The notes under the pieces: generated by a model
The model's database searches: none
Seen by the model: only the letters and a program-made list of their open reading frames with translations
What the model was told of the DNA's origin: nothing
Program-made: the position numbers and the translations under genes
Source of the DNA: Clostridiales bacterium
GTDB lineage: Bacteria; Bacillota; Clostridia; Oscillospirales; CAG-272
NCBI GenBank assembly: GCA_003522145.1
Contig: DPGD01000024.1
Span: 14,646-78,645 of the forward strand
DNA: 64,000 bases
Direction: 5' to 3'
In this document: positions 1 through 8,319 of the stretch, piece by piece
Layout: the number at the start of each line of letters is the position of its first letter
Numbering within the stretch: the stretch's first letter is position 1

Positions 1-17
1 ACTCGGGCAATAGCATA

Positions 18-416
18 TTGCTGAAAAATATTATTTTGGAGGAAAGCACCATGAAACAAACTGAAAACGAAATCACCTACAACGAGAAAGACGGAATACT
101 TTATCCCGATTTATCAATTCCCGAGCAAACCGACAACCCTATCGGCAAATACGGTCAGATGCGGCTCGACTATTTGAAGAAGCACCGCAGGGGCACTTAC
201 ACCACCCTTTTGATGATGTTCAAATTGAACGCTTACCTCGCAGAGATTGACCGCGAGGTGCGATCAGAAGTCGATTTTTTGACTGAAGCACTTGCCAAAC
301 AGCGAGGTATTGACGAAAACCTTAAAGCAACTGATCAACTTAGATGGGTGCAAGAGATGAACAACTGTAAAGCATCCGCCGATGAAGTTGTGTTTCGGGA
401 GACGATTTACAAATGA
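18..416 (+). CDS. TnpV-like transposon-associated protein
   Basis: 132-aa ORF (ATG at 48, MKQTEN, is an equally plausible start). The pattern GKYGQMRLDYLKKHRRGTYTTLL...NAYLAEID...LRWVQEMNN...ADEVVFRETIY matches my recollection of the TnpV family of clostridial conjugative/mobilisable transposons. Confidence 0.7.
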   Translation: MLKNIILEESTMKQTENEITYNEKDGILYPDLSIPEQTDNPIGKYGQMRLDYLKKHRRGTYTTLLMMFKLNAYLAEIDREVRSEVDFLTEALAKQRGIDENLKATDQLRWVQEMNNCKASADEVVFRETIYK

Positions 417-668
417 GATCTGTTATCACTGAAGTTTGGTACGGGAATATTTGCCCTCAAGAGGACGGCATATTCTATACCTCAGAACTCAAGGAACTGC
501 TCGGCTACATGGCACGCCATCAAGCCAACCTCGAAACAATCTTAACCGATAGTTTTTCGATAAGCTGATGGAAAACCAAATGAGTTTGACAGCCTTGCGG
601 AAGCGGCAATATTTGAGTACAGCTTCAAACTCGGTGCAAAAATGATGCTTGAAATGTTAACCAAATAA
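413..668 (+). pseudogene. DUF6809-like small protein, disrupted by two apparent 1-nt deletions in homopolymer runs
   Basis: ATG at 413 overlaps the TnpV stop (ATGA) and reads MRSVITEVWYGNICPQ... to a stop at 566-568. The family-typical C-terminus (NEFDSLAEAAIFEYSFKLGAKMMLEMLTK, stop 666-668) lies in another frame. Adding one T to the T5 run (554-558) and one A near 578-580 restores a single ORF. Confidence 0.55.
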
Positions 669-671
669 CAA

Positions 672-704
672 TAACCCCGTAGCGCCTAAGTTGCTACGGG
701 GTTA
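672..704. terminator. Bidirectional stem-loop between convergent genes
   Basis: Perfect 12-bp stem TAACCCCGTAGC / GCTACGGGGTTA with a 9-nt loop, located between the + strand pseudogene end and the - strand ORF end at 715. Confidence 0.6.
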
Positions 705-714
705 TCATCAATTT

Positions 715-1542
715 TTAGGTCAAAATACATTCGTATTCATTGATCTTATTAATTATATCTTGCTCGTACTTATCTATGTATTCTGCGATTGAACTACATT
801 CCATTATATCTAATGAGTCGCAATACATATTATTCTCTCGGCAATACTTCTGACAATCAATGATATTAAAGTGTTGCGGAGCTAAAACCATGATAACTTT
901 AAACTTCTGTTTTAGCAAATTAAGTTGTGCCACTGTTATTTTTGGAAAATAAGTTGAAACGAGATTAAATATACCTTTGCCTGCCAATTTGAAATAGTCT
1001 TCGTAATTGGCCACGATCAAGACACTCTTTTTATTGGTTTGGACAGCCAAATTGTATGAATACAAATGGTGTGAGCGTTCAAATGACTTGGAGTTCGGGT
1101 ATTTATATAACTGTTGTTTGTCTGTTATGAAAAAATCAAAGCACGCTACTTTACCATTTTCATCAATGGTAGGAATGATAATACTATTCCGCATCTTGTC
1201 ACAGTAATTGCCCCGGAATGATTTTAATACCAACTTGGCAATCTCTAATTGTGATAATGTGTGTTCCTTTTCTTTTGTCATATAATTGATGAAAGTATTG
1301 AAGGAGTTATCATGAAAACCGATCCTCAACTGAACGATTGTCTTGCCGAATATTCCCCACGAATGCAAAATGTCAATTGCAGATTTTGCTTTGGGATTGC
1401 TCTTTAGTTGTTGGTGATAATACATTGCCGCGTCCCGCATAAGTTCGGAGAGGCATTCTGCTTTGTCTGCATCTAAGTCGATTTCTGCAACAGAAGCCAA
1501 TTCTTGTATTGCAGATTTATAATCCAACTCTTTGGTTTTCAT
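715..1542 (-). CDS. DnaG-like primase homologue lacking the zinc finger, with apparently degenerate Toprim acidic residues
   Basis: 275 aa in a very AT-rich gene. By eye it aligns to the DnaG RNA-polymerase core: AIDILHSWGIFGKTIVQLRIGF ~ ALEYLxxRGxxxExIxxFxIGY; CDKMRNSIIIPTIDENGKVACF ~ FDRFRNRxMFPIxDxxGxVxAF; YKYPNSKSFERSHHLYSYN ~ PKYxNSPETxxFxKxxxLYN. Where DnaG has EGxxD the ORF has ANYED, and where DnaG has DxD it has APQ. Confidence 0.5.
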   Translation of the reverse strand: MKTKELDYKSAIQELASVAEIDLDADKAECLSELMRDAAMYYHQQLKSNPKAKSAIDILHSWGIFGKTIVQLRIGFHDNSFNTFINYMTKEKEHTLSQLEIAKLVLKSFRGNYCDKMRNSIIIPTIDENGKVACFDFFITDKQQLYKYPNSKSFERSHHLYSYNLAVQTNKKSVLIVANYEDYFKLAGKGIFNLVSTYFPKITVAQLNLLKQKFKVIMVLAPQHFNIIDCQKYCRENNMYCDSLDIMECSSIAEYIDKYEQDIINKINEYECILT

Positions 1543-1789
1543 AAGAAATGTTATAATCTTTCATGAAGTGATTGAGTCCTTTCTGTTGGATGGTTTGTGG
1601 TGATTCTATTTTAACAGAACTCAATCACTTTTTCTATACCTTTTTGCTTTTTTCTGTCTCACATCTATTGTAACACTACAAATTACAATTTTATTTTTAT
1701 ATAAGACTCTTGCTTTTTTTACGGTTATATGTTATGCTATATCTGAACAATCAATCAGTCAATTATAAGTGAGGAGTTTACACATATCT

Positions 1790-2383
1790 ATGAGGACAGA
1801 ACGTCAACATAATGACAGAAAAATAGAAATTATGGAAAAATGTTTTGATTGCTATGCCGAAAACGGCCTGTCCAGCACGGGAATCAAAACGCTTGCCAAG
1901 GAATGTGGCTGTACATCGGGAACGCTTTACATTTATTTCAAAAATCTGGACGAGCTGATCGTCGAATCAACGGCTCACTGCATGGCAAAGGTGGAGGACG
2001 ACTTCATGGCCAGATCGCCGAACAGCCCGACGGAGCTTATGCGCTTTATTGATGAAACTCCGTATTGGACGGCAGAAAAGCACGGGAAGAAATACCGCCT
2101 GATGTATCAGGTCTATACGCATCCGAAATACATAGAACACGGCAAAAAATTCTTTGACGGCGTAAACAAGCGTTACACCGAATATGCAAAGAGCCTTGAA
2201 GCAAAGCTTGGCATCCCGTGCGAGGTGCTGACGCCTCTCATCTTCATTCTCATCCGCGCCAGCGTTCATTACGCTATGTTTGAGGACGAATACTATCTGA
2301 AAAGCCAGCTTGACGTTTTGAAGCAAGGCTCGGCCATGTTTATACAAAAATACAAAGCCACGCAGGAAAGCCCGAAGGCATAA
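1790..2383 (+). CDS. TetR/AcrR family transcriptional regulator
   Basis: N-terminal HTH signature RKIEIMEKCFDCYAENGLSSTGIKTLAKECGCTSGTLYIYFKNLDELI. The ORF opens at 1769, but ATG 1790 follows GAGGAG. Confidence 0.85.
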   Translation: MRTERQHNDRKIEIMEKCFDCYAENGLSSTGIKTLAKECGCTSGTLYIYFKNLDELIVESTAHCMAKVEDDFMARSPNSPTELMRFIDETPYWTAEKHGKKYRLMYQVYTHPKYIEHGKKFFDGVNKRYTEYAKSLEAKLGIPCEVLTPLIFILIRASVHYAMFEDEYYLKSQLDVLKQGSAMFIQKYKATQESPKA

Positions 2384-2448
2384 ATTTTCCTCGCGGCAAC
2401 ACATAACACGGCATATACTTATGCAAGGAAAGGATAAGGATAAAGAAC

Positions 2449-2745
2449 ATGACAACCAACAAACTTTTTGAAGGCGAACGGCTTACACTCACCCTGTCGG
2501 GAAGGCTCGACACCAATTCGTCCCCCGCACTGGAGGCGGAGCTGAAGCAATCCGTCGGTGGGGTGAAGGAGCTGATTTTTGATTTTTCCGGCGTAGAATA
2601 CATCTCCTCTGCGGGGCTTCGCATCCTGCTGGCGGCGCAGAAGGTGATGAACCGCCAGGGCAGCATGAAGCTGATCGGCGTAAACGACGACGTTATGGAA
2701 GTATTTGAAATCACCGGCTTTTCCGACATTTTGACCATCGAATAA
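2449..2745 (+). CDS. STAS-domain anti-sigma-factor antagonist (SpoIIAA/RsbV-like)
   Basis: 98 aa. It carries the conserved phospho-serine context DFSGVEYISSAGLRILL and the C-terminal VFEITGFSDIL motif. Confidence 0.9.
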   Translation: MTTNKLFEGERLTLTLSGRLDTNSSPALEAELKQSVGGVKELIFDFSGVEYISSAGLRILLAAQKVMNRQGSMKLIGVNDDVMEVFEITGFSDILTIE

Positions 2746-2755
2746 GCGAGGAATT

Positions 2756-5191
2756 ATGAAAACTTTCTTTTTGCTCTCCGTCGTAGCGCTTTTGCCCGTG
2801 ATTTTGTCCGCGCTGATATACCTTGCGGAACGGACAAAAGCCATCCGCAAGCTTCCCTATGCCGTCAGGCAGCTCCTGATCGGAGTTCTGTTCGGCGGGC
2901 TTGCGATTCTCGGAACGGAATTTGGGATCAAAACCGACGGCGCCATCATCAACGCAAGAGACGCCTCGCCGATCTGCGCGGGACTTCTTTTCGGCGCGCC
3001 GGCAGGAATCATAGCGGGACTGATCGGCGGCGTGGAGCGGTGGTTCGCAGTTCTTTGGGGAGCCGGGCAATATACCCGTCTCGCCTGCAGCATTTCCACC
3101 GTGCTTGCGGGCGTTTTCGCGGCTGTCCTGCGGAAATTCATGTTTGATAACAAAAAGCCGAAATGGTATTACTGTCTTGCGACGGCAACCATTACGGAGG
3201 TCATCCATATGCTGATGATATTCCTTACGAACATGACCGACGCAAGAACCGCGTTTTCGTTTGTGCGAACCTGCTCGCTTCCCATGATTGCGGTCAACAG
3301 TCTTGCCGTGATGCTTGCGGGGCTTCTGCTTTCGATTCTTTCCGGAGCGGATCGTAAAAGCGAAAGGCGCGACCTGAAAAAAATTTCACAGTCGTTTCAG
3401 CGGTTTCTCCTGATCTGCGTTACGGCGGGCTTTCTCATGACAACGATTTTCACATGGGCGTTGCAGACGGAGCTTGCCAAAAACGAGGCAAACAACCTGG
3501 TAAAGCTGAACATCGAAGATGTAAAAGCGGATATTCTTGACGCTTCCAACCACAACCTCCTGTCCCTCACGGCCAAAATCGCCGAACGCATCCATACGGC
3601 GGACAAGGTGGATTACGCGCTGCTTTGCGCCCTCGGAAACGAATACGATGTAGCCGAAATCAACATCATCAATCCGCAAGGCATCATCGTGGAAACCACC
3701 TACGAAAAGTTTCGGAATTACGACATGCGCGGAGGCCATCAATCGGCGGAGTTTCTTGTCCTGCTTGACGGGGAAACCAAGGAATATGTTCAAAACTATC
3801 AGCCTACCTCGTCCAATCCGGCCATTTCCCGCAAATATGCGGGCATCGTGCTGGACGGCGGCGGCTTTGTGCAGGTGGCTTATGACGCGGAGCGCTTCCA
3901 AAAAGACATTGATGACATTGTCATCGGAGTCACGCGCAACCGCCACATCGGAGAAAACGGCAGTATAATCATCGCCGGCGAGGATTGGAACATCGTCAGC
4001 GACAGACACGGAAACGAAGGCAAAAACCTCGATGTTTCCGGCATTTACATAGACCGCCCTACCATGCCCGAGGACAAGTATTTTGACGCCGTTGTTTACG
4101 GCGAGAAATCGCTTTGCCGATATATCGTTTCCGAAGGCTACTACATCGTGGCCGCCATGCCTTACACGGAGGCGGTGTTCTCGCGCGACGTGTCGGTGTA
4201 TGTGACGGTGTTTATGGAATTTGTTGTTTTCGGAATGTTGTTCATCGTCGTTTATTTTCTCATCAAGAAGCTGGTCGTGGACAACATGGTGAAGATCAAC
4301 CAATCGCTGGCAAAGATCACCAGCGGCAACCTTGACACCGTCGTAAATGTAAGAACCAACGAAGAATTTGCTTCCCTTTCCGACGATATAAACTCAACCG
4401 TTCTGACGCTGAAGCGCTATATTGCGGAAGCGGCGGCGCGCATCGACAAAGAATTGGAATTTGCCAAGGCCATTCAACATTCCGCCATTCCGATGGTTTT
4501 CCCGCCGTATCCCGGCCACAGCGAATTTGACATATACGCAACCATGGACACCGCCAAAGAAGTGGGCGGCGACTTTTACGATTTCTATTTTGTCGGCGAA
4601 AACAAGCTCGGATTTCTTATCGCCGATGTTTCCGGCAAAGGGATTCCCGCCGCCATGTTTATGATGACGGCCAAAACCATCATAAAAGGCTATGCCGAGG
4701 CCGGCAGGGACGTAGACGAGGTCTTTACCGTCGCCAATGCCAAGCTGTGCGAATCCAACGAAGCCGGAATGTTTGTCACCGCATGGATGGGCATGCTGGA
4801 TATAACCACCGGAAGGGTTGAATTTGCCAACGCAGGCCACAACCCGCCGCTCGTAAGACATGCAGACGGAAGCTTTGAATTTCTGAAATCCAAGCCGGGC
4901 TTCATTCTTGCCGGAATGGAGGGGATGAAGTATCGCAAAAACGAGCTTGTCCTTTCGGCCGGCGACGAGATCTATCTCTATACCGACGGAGTTACGGAGG
5001 CGACAAACGCGAAAAACGAGCTTTACGGCGAAAAACGGCTGGTAAAGCTGCTGGATTCCCTGCACGGACTGACAAGCGAAGGAATTTGTCGTGCCGTCAA
5101 GGCAGACATAGACGCTTTTGTGGGAGACGCCCCGCAATTCGATGATATTACCATGCTGTATCTGAAATATAACGGAGGCTCTGAAAAATGA
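2756..5191 (+). CDS. Membrane sensor PP2C phosphatase (5TMR-LYT N-terminus, extracytoplasmic Cache-like domain, HAMP, SpoIIE/RsbU-type PP2C)
   Basis: 811 aa. The N-terminal multi-TM region contains the INARDASP/LytS-like motif, followed by a roughly 240-aa extracytoplasmic segment between TM helices. HAMP-like: INQSLAKITSGNLDTVVNVRTNEEFASLSDDIN. PP2C motifs: GGDFYDF, ADVSGKGIPAAMFM, YTDGVTEA, DDITMLY. Confidence 0.9.
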   Translation: MKTFFLLSVVALLPVILSALIYLAERTKAIRKLPYAVRQLLIGVLFGGLAILGTEFGIKTDGAIINARDASPICAGLLFGAPAGIIAGLIGGVERWFAVLWGAGQYTRLACSISTVLAGVFAAVLRKFMFDNKKPKWYYCLATATITEVIHMLMIFLTNMTDARTAFSFVRTCSLPMIAVNSLAVMLAGLLLSILSGADRKSERRDLKKISQSFQRFLLICVTAGFLMTTIFTWALQTELAKNEANNLVKLNIEDVKADILDASNHNLLSLTAKIAERIHTADKVDYALLCALGNEYDVAEINIINPQGIIVETTYEKFRNYDMRGGHQSAEFLVLLDGETKEYVQNYQPTSSNPAISRKYAGIVLDGGGFVQVAYDAERFQKDIDDIVIGVTRNRHIGENGSIIIAGEDWNIVSDRHGNEGKNLDVSGIYIDRPTMPEDKYFDAVVYGEKSLCRYIVSEGYYIVAAMPYTEAVFSRDVSVYVTVFMEFVVFGMLFIVVYFLIKKLVVDNMVKINQSLAKITSGNLDTVVNVRTNEEFASLSDDINSTVLTLKRYIAEAAARIDKELEFAKAIQHSAIPMVFPPYPGHSEFDIYATMDTAKEVGGDFYDFYFVGENKLGFLIADVSGKGIPAAMFMMTAKTIIKGYAEAGRDVDEVFTVANAKLCESNEAGMFVTAWMGMLDITTGRVEFANAGHNPPLVRHADGSFEFLKSKPGFILAGMEGMKYRKNELVLSAGDEIYLYTDGVTEATNAKNELYGEKRLVKLLDSLHGLTSEGICRAVKADIDAFVGDAPQFDDITMLYLKYNGGSEK

Positions 5192-5595
5192 AGGAATTGA
5201 CAATCCCCGCAACCGTTGAAAACATAGAAAAGGTAACCGAATTTGTAAACCGTCAGCTTCAGGAGATCCACTGCCCGAGCAAGGCGCAGATGCAGATTGA
5301 TATAGCGATTGACGAGCTTTTCGGCAACATCGCGCATTACGCATACAGGCCCGAAACAGGCCCCGCCACGGTGCGCGTGGAGGTAACGGAAGCGCCGATC
5401 TCCGTCATTGTCACCTTTATTGATCATGGGGTTCCCTACGATCCTCTGAAAAAGGACGATCCCGACATTACCCTGTCCGCAGACGAACGCGCCATTGGCG
5501 GGCTTGGCATTTTCATGGTCAAGAAAACCATGGACGAAATCACATACGAATATAAGGACGGTCAGAACATCCTTCGCATCCGAAAGGATCTTTGA
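5188..5595 (+). CDS. RsbW/SpoIIAB-like anti-sigma serine kinase (HATPase_c)
   Basis: 135 aa. The start overlaps the phosphatase stop (ATGA). N-box-like DELFGNIAHYAY, G-box-like GGLGIFMVKKTMDE. Confidence 0.85.
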   Translation: MKELTIPATVENIEKVTEFVNRQLQEIHCPSKAQMQIDIAIDELFGNIAHYAYRPETGPATVRVEVTEAPISVIVTFIDHGVPYDPLKKDDPDITLSADERAIGGLGIFMVKKTMDEITYEYKDGQNILRIRKDL

Positions 5596-5638
5596 AGCCG
5601 TTTGGAGCCGATTGAAATTTTATAAACGAGGTAAAGGT

Positions 5639-6115
5639 ATGAGCCAACCGATATTCCGCCAAAAAAGTATGGAAAAAATCTCTTCCCCGGAGCAGATGAA
5701 CGATTACATCCGCGTGTCAAACCCAAGTGTATGGATGATCCTTGCCGCCGTTATCGTACTGCTGGCAGGCGTATGCGTGTGGGGAATGTTCGGATGTCTT
5801 GACACCTCCTTTCAAACGGGCGGCGTCTGCCGGGACGGCTGTCTGACCGTTTATGTCAAGGAAGCCGACTTTGCCAAAATCAAAGGAAAAGCCATTCTTT
5901 CGGTTGACGGCTCGGAGCTTTCGCTGTCCGATCTGCCAGGCTCTCCCGTTCGGCTCGATGACAGTGCCGATCCGTATCTTCTTCATCTCATAGGCGCTTC
6001 GGCGGGCGATTGGGTATATGTTCTGACAGTCGATGCCAAAGACATGAAAAGCGGCACGTTCTCCGTTTCGGTCATTACCGAGCGCGTCAAGCCGCTCGAC
6101 TTTGTGCTGAACTGA
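5639..6115 (+). CDS. Short HlyD-like NHLM/NHLP-type bacteriocin secretion protein (158 aa)
   Basis: ATG at 5639 follows GAGGTAAAGGT. The N-terminal FRQKSMEKISSPEQMNDYIRVSNPSVWMIL + TM helix is the signature opening of HlyD-type adaptors of NHLM bacteriocin exporters (TIGR03794-like, from memory). The protein is far shorter than canonical adaptors. Confidence 0.6.
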   Translation: MSQPIFRQKSMEKISSPEQMNDYIRVSNPSVWMILAAVIVLLAGVCVWGMFGCLDTSFQTGGVCRDGCLTVYVKEADFAKIKGKAILSVDGSELSLSDLPGSPVRLDDSADPYLLHLIGASAGDWVYVLTVDAKDMKSGTFSVSVITERVKPLDFVLN

Positions 6116-6124
6116 GGTGCGGAC

Positions 6125-8305
6125 ATGAAGGCAACCAAAAAAATCAAAGCGCCCCTGACAAAGGGCGTGGCCAAAGTGCCCGTGATCATGCAGATGGAAG
6201 CGCTGGAATGCGGCGCCGCAAGCCTTGCCATGATCCTTGCCTATTATGAAAAATGGATCCCGCTGGAGCAGGTGCGTCTTGACTGCGGCGTTTCGCGCGA
6301 CGGCTCCAACGCAAGAAATCTTCTCCGGGCCGCCCGAAGCTACGGCCTTGCGGCCAAGGGCTATCGCTATGAACCCGAAACCCTGAAAAAAGAGGGGAAA
6401 TTCCCCTGCATTATCCATTGGAATTTCAATCATTTTGTGGTTCTTGACGGCTTCAAGGGCAACAAAGCGGTGTTAAACGATCCCGCAAAGGGCACCTATA
6501 CTGTCCCTATGAGCGTTTTTGACGACTCGTTTACAGGGGTATGCCTGTTTTTTGAGCCGGACGAAGGCTTTGTGCCGGAGGGCAAGCCGCAGTCCATGCT
6601 GAAATATGCGCAAAAACGGCTTGTCGGCGCAAGCACCGCCATTGTATTCGTCGTTCTGACCTCTATGATCACATCCCTGCTCGGCATGATCACGCCGGCG
6701 TTTTCGCGCATCTTTCTTGACCGACTGCTGACAAAAGAAAACCCGGAATGGCTCACGCCGTTTACGATTGCACTTGTGGGAATAAGCGTCATTCAGCTTA
6801 TCGTTGCATGGATCCAGGCCATCTATTCTCTCCGCATCAACGGAAAGCTCGCCATGGTGGGAAACACAACCTTTATGTGGAAAATCCTGCGCATGCCCAT
6901 GGAATTTTTTTCTCAGCGCATGGCAGGCGATCTTCAGGGCAGACAAGCGTCGAACGCCATGATAGCGGAGCGGCTGGTCAACATGTTTGCGCCGCTCGCG
7001 CTCAACGCCGCTATGATGGTGTTTTATCTCGTGGTCATGCTCCGATACAGCGTCGTACTGACGATGATAGGGCTTTTTTCGGTGATTGCCAACCTGGCCC
7101 TTTCGGGAATTATTTCAAGAAAGCGCATCAATATCACCCGCGTGCAAATGCGCGACGCCGGCAAGCTGGCGGGAACCACGGTCGCCGGCATAGAAATGAT
7201 TGAAACCATCAAGGCCAGCGGCGCCGAAAACGGCTTTTTTGAAAAATGGGCCGGCTATCAGGCAAGCGTCAATACAAATCAGGTTCGGTATCAGCGCACC
7301 AATCTGCTTCTTGAGCTACTGCCGGCTCTGATAAGCGCCCTTTGCGGAACGGCCGTGCTGATGACAGGCGTTTTCCTGGCGATGGAAGGTCTGTTTACCG
7401 TCGGTATGATCATGGCGTTTCAGGGCTTTCTTTCGTCGTTCGTTTCCCCCGCAATGTCGCTGATTTCCGCGGGGCAATCGCTCCAGGAAATGCGCACCGA
7501 TATGGAACGGATTGAGGATGTTATGAAATATCCCGCCGACGTGACCTTTGCCGAGCACGAGGAGGAGGCTGTCGAATACGACAAGCTGGCCGGAAACATC
7601 GAAATCAAAAATATAACCTTCGGGTATTCCCGCCTGGCGGAGCCTTTGATTCAGGATTTCAGCATGACCTTGACGCCGGGAAGCCGCATTGCTTTTGTCG
7701 GGCCGTCCGGGTGCGGAAAGTCCACCCTCTCAAAGCTCATATCCGGACTTTACAAGCCTTGGAGCGGCGAAATCCTGTTTGACGGCAAGCCTTTGTCGGA
7801 AATTGATCGCAGCGTGTTTACAGGCTCCCTTGCCGTGGTGGATCAGGATATTATCCTGTTTGAAGATACGATTGCCAACAACATTAAAATGTGGGATAAC
7901 TCCATTGAAGACTTTGAAATGATCATGGCGGCGCGCGACGCGCAGCTTCACGAGGATATTATGCAGCGCGAAGGCGGCTATCAGTACCGGCTGACCGAGG
8001 GCGGAAAGGATTTTTCCGGCGGGCAGAGACAGCGCATGGAGATTGCGCGCGTGCTCGCGCAGGATCCCACGATCATCCTTCTTGACGAGGCGACAAGTGC
8101 GCTGGACGCCAAAACCGAATACGACGTGGTGAAATCCATCAAAGACAGGGGCATCACCTGTATTGTGGTGGCGCACAGACTTTCCACCATACGCGATTGT
8201 GACGAGATTATTGTAATGGATCAGGGAAAAGTCATTGAGCGCGGAACACACGAGGAGCTGATGAAACAAGGCGGAGCTTATACTCAGCTCGTATCAAACG
8301 AGTAA
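6125..8305 (+). CDS. Bacteriocin ABC exporter with N-terminal C39 peptidase domain (NHLM ABC1-type)
   Basis: 726 aa. C39 motif QMEALECGAASLAMILAYY (catalytic Cys about aa 29) and HWNFNHFVVL; six-TM permease region; Walker A GPSGCGKST, signature FSGGQRQR, Walker B ILLDEATSALD. Confidence 0.92.
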   Translation: MKATKKIKAPLTKGVAKVPVIMQMEALECGAASLAMILAYYEKWIPLEQVRLDCGVSRDGSNARNLLRAARSYGLAAKGYRYEPETLKKEGKFPCIIHWNFNHFVVLDGFKGNKAVLNDPAKGTYTVPMSVFDDSFTGVCLFFEPDEGFVPEGKPQSMLKYAQKRLVGASTAIVFVVLTSMITSLLGMITPAFSRIFLDRLLTKENPEWLTPFTIALVGISVIQLIVAWIQAIYSLRINGKLAMVGNTTFMWKILRMPMEFFSQRMAGDLQGRQASNAMIAERLVNMFAPLALNAAMMVFYLVVMLRYSVVLTMIGLFSVIANLALSGIISRKRINITRVQMRDAGKLAGTTVAGIEMIETIKASGAENGFFEKWAGYQASVNTNQVRYQRTNLLLELLPALISALCGTAVLMTGVFLAMEGLFTVGMIMAFQGFLSSFVSPAMSLISAGQSLQEMRTDMERIEDVMKYPADVTFAEHEEEAVEYDKLAGNIEIKNITFGYSRLAEPLIQDFSMTLTPGSRIAFVGPSGCGKSTLSKLISGLYKPWSGEILFDGKPLSEIDRSVFTGSLAVVDQDIILFEDTIANNIKMWDNSIEDFEMIMAARDAQLHEDIMQREGGYQYRLTEGGKDFSGGQRQRMEIARVLAQDPTIILLDEATSALDAKTEYDVVKSIKDRGITCIVVAHRLSTIRDCDEIIVMDQGKVIERGTHEELMKQGGAYTQLVSNE

Positions 8306-8319
8306 GGGGGCGGATCGAT

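Larger units (their letters stand above)
18..1542. mobile_element. Remnant of a conjugative/mobilisable transposon-like element (TnpV-like, DUF6809-like pseudogene, primase-like gene)
   Basis: The gene content is typical of clostridial integrative elements, the composition is markedly AT-rich at 700-1760, and one gene is decayed. No integrase or relaxase lies inside the window, so the element is incomplete or extends off the left edge. Confidence 0.5.

Noticed and set aside
5495-5638. An upstream extension of the HlyD-like ORF (track start 5495) overlapping the kinase gene.
   Set aside because: The extension is out of frame with, and inside, the RsbW-like gene. The family-typical opening (FRQKS...SSPEQ) follows ATG 5639, which has a GAGG-type RBS.
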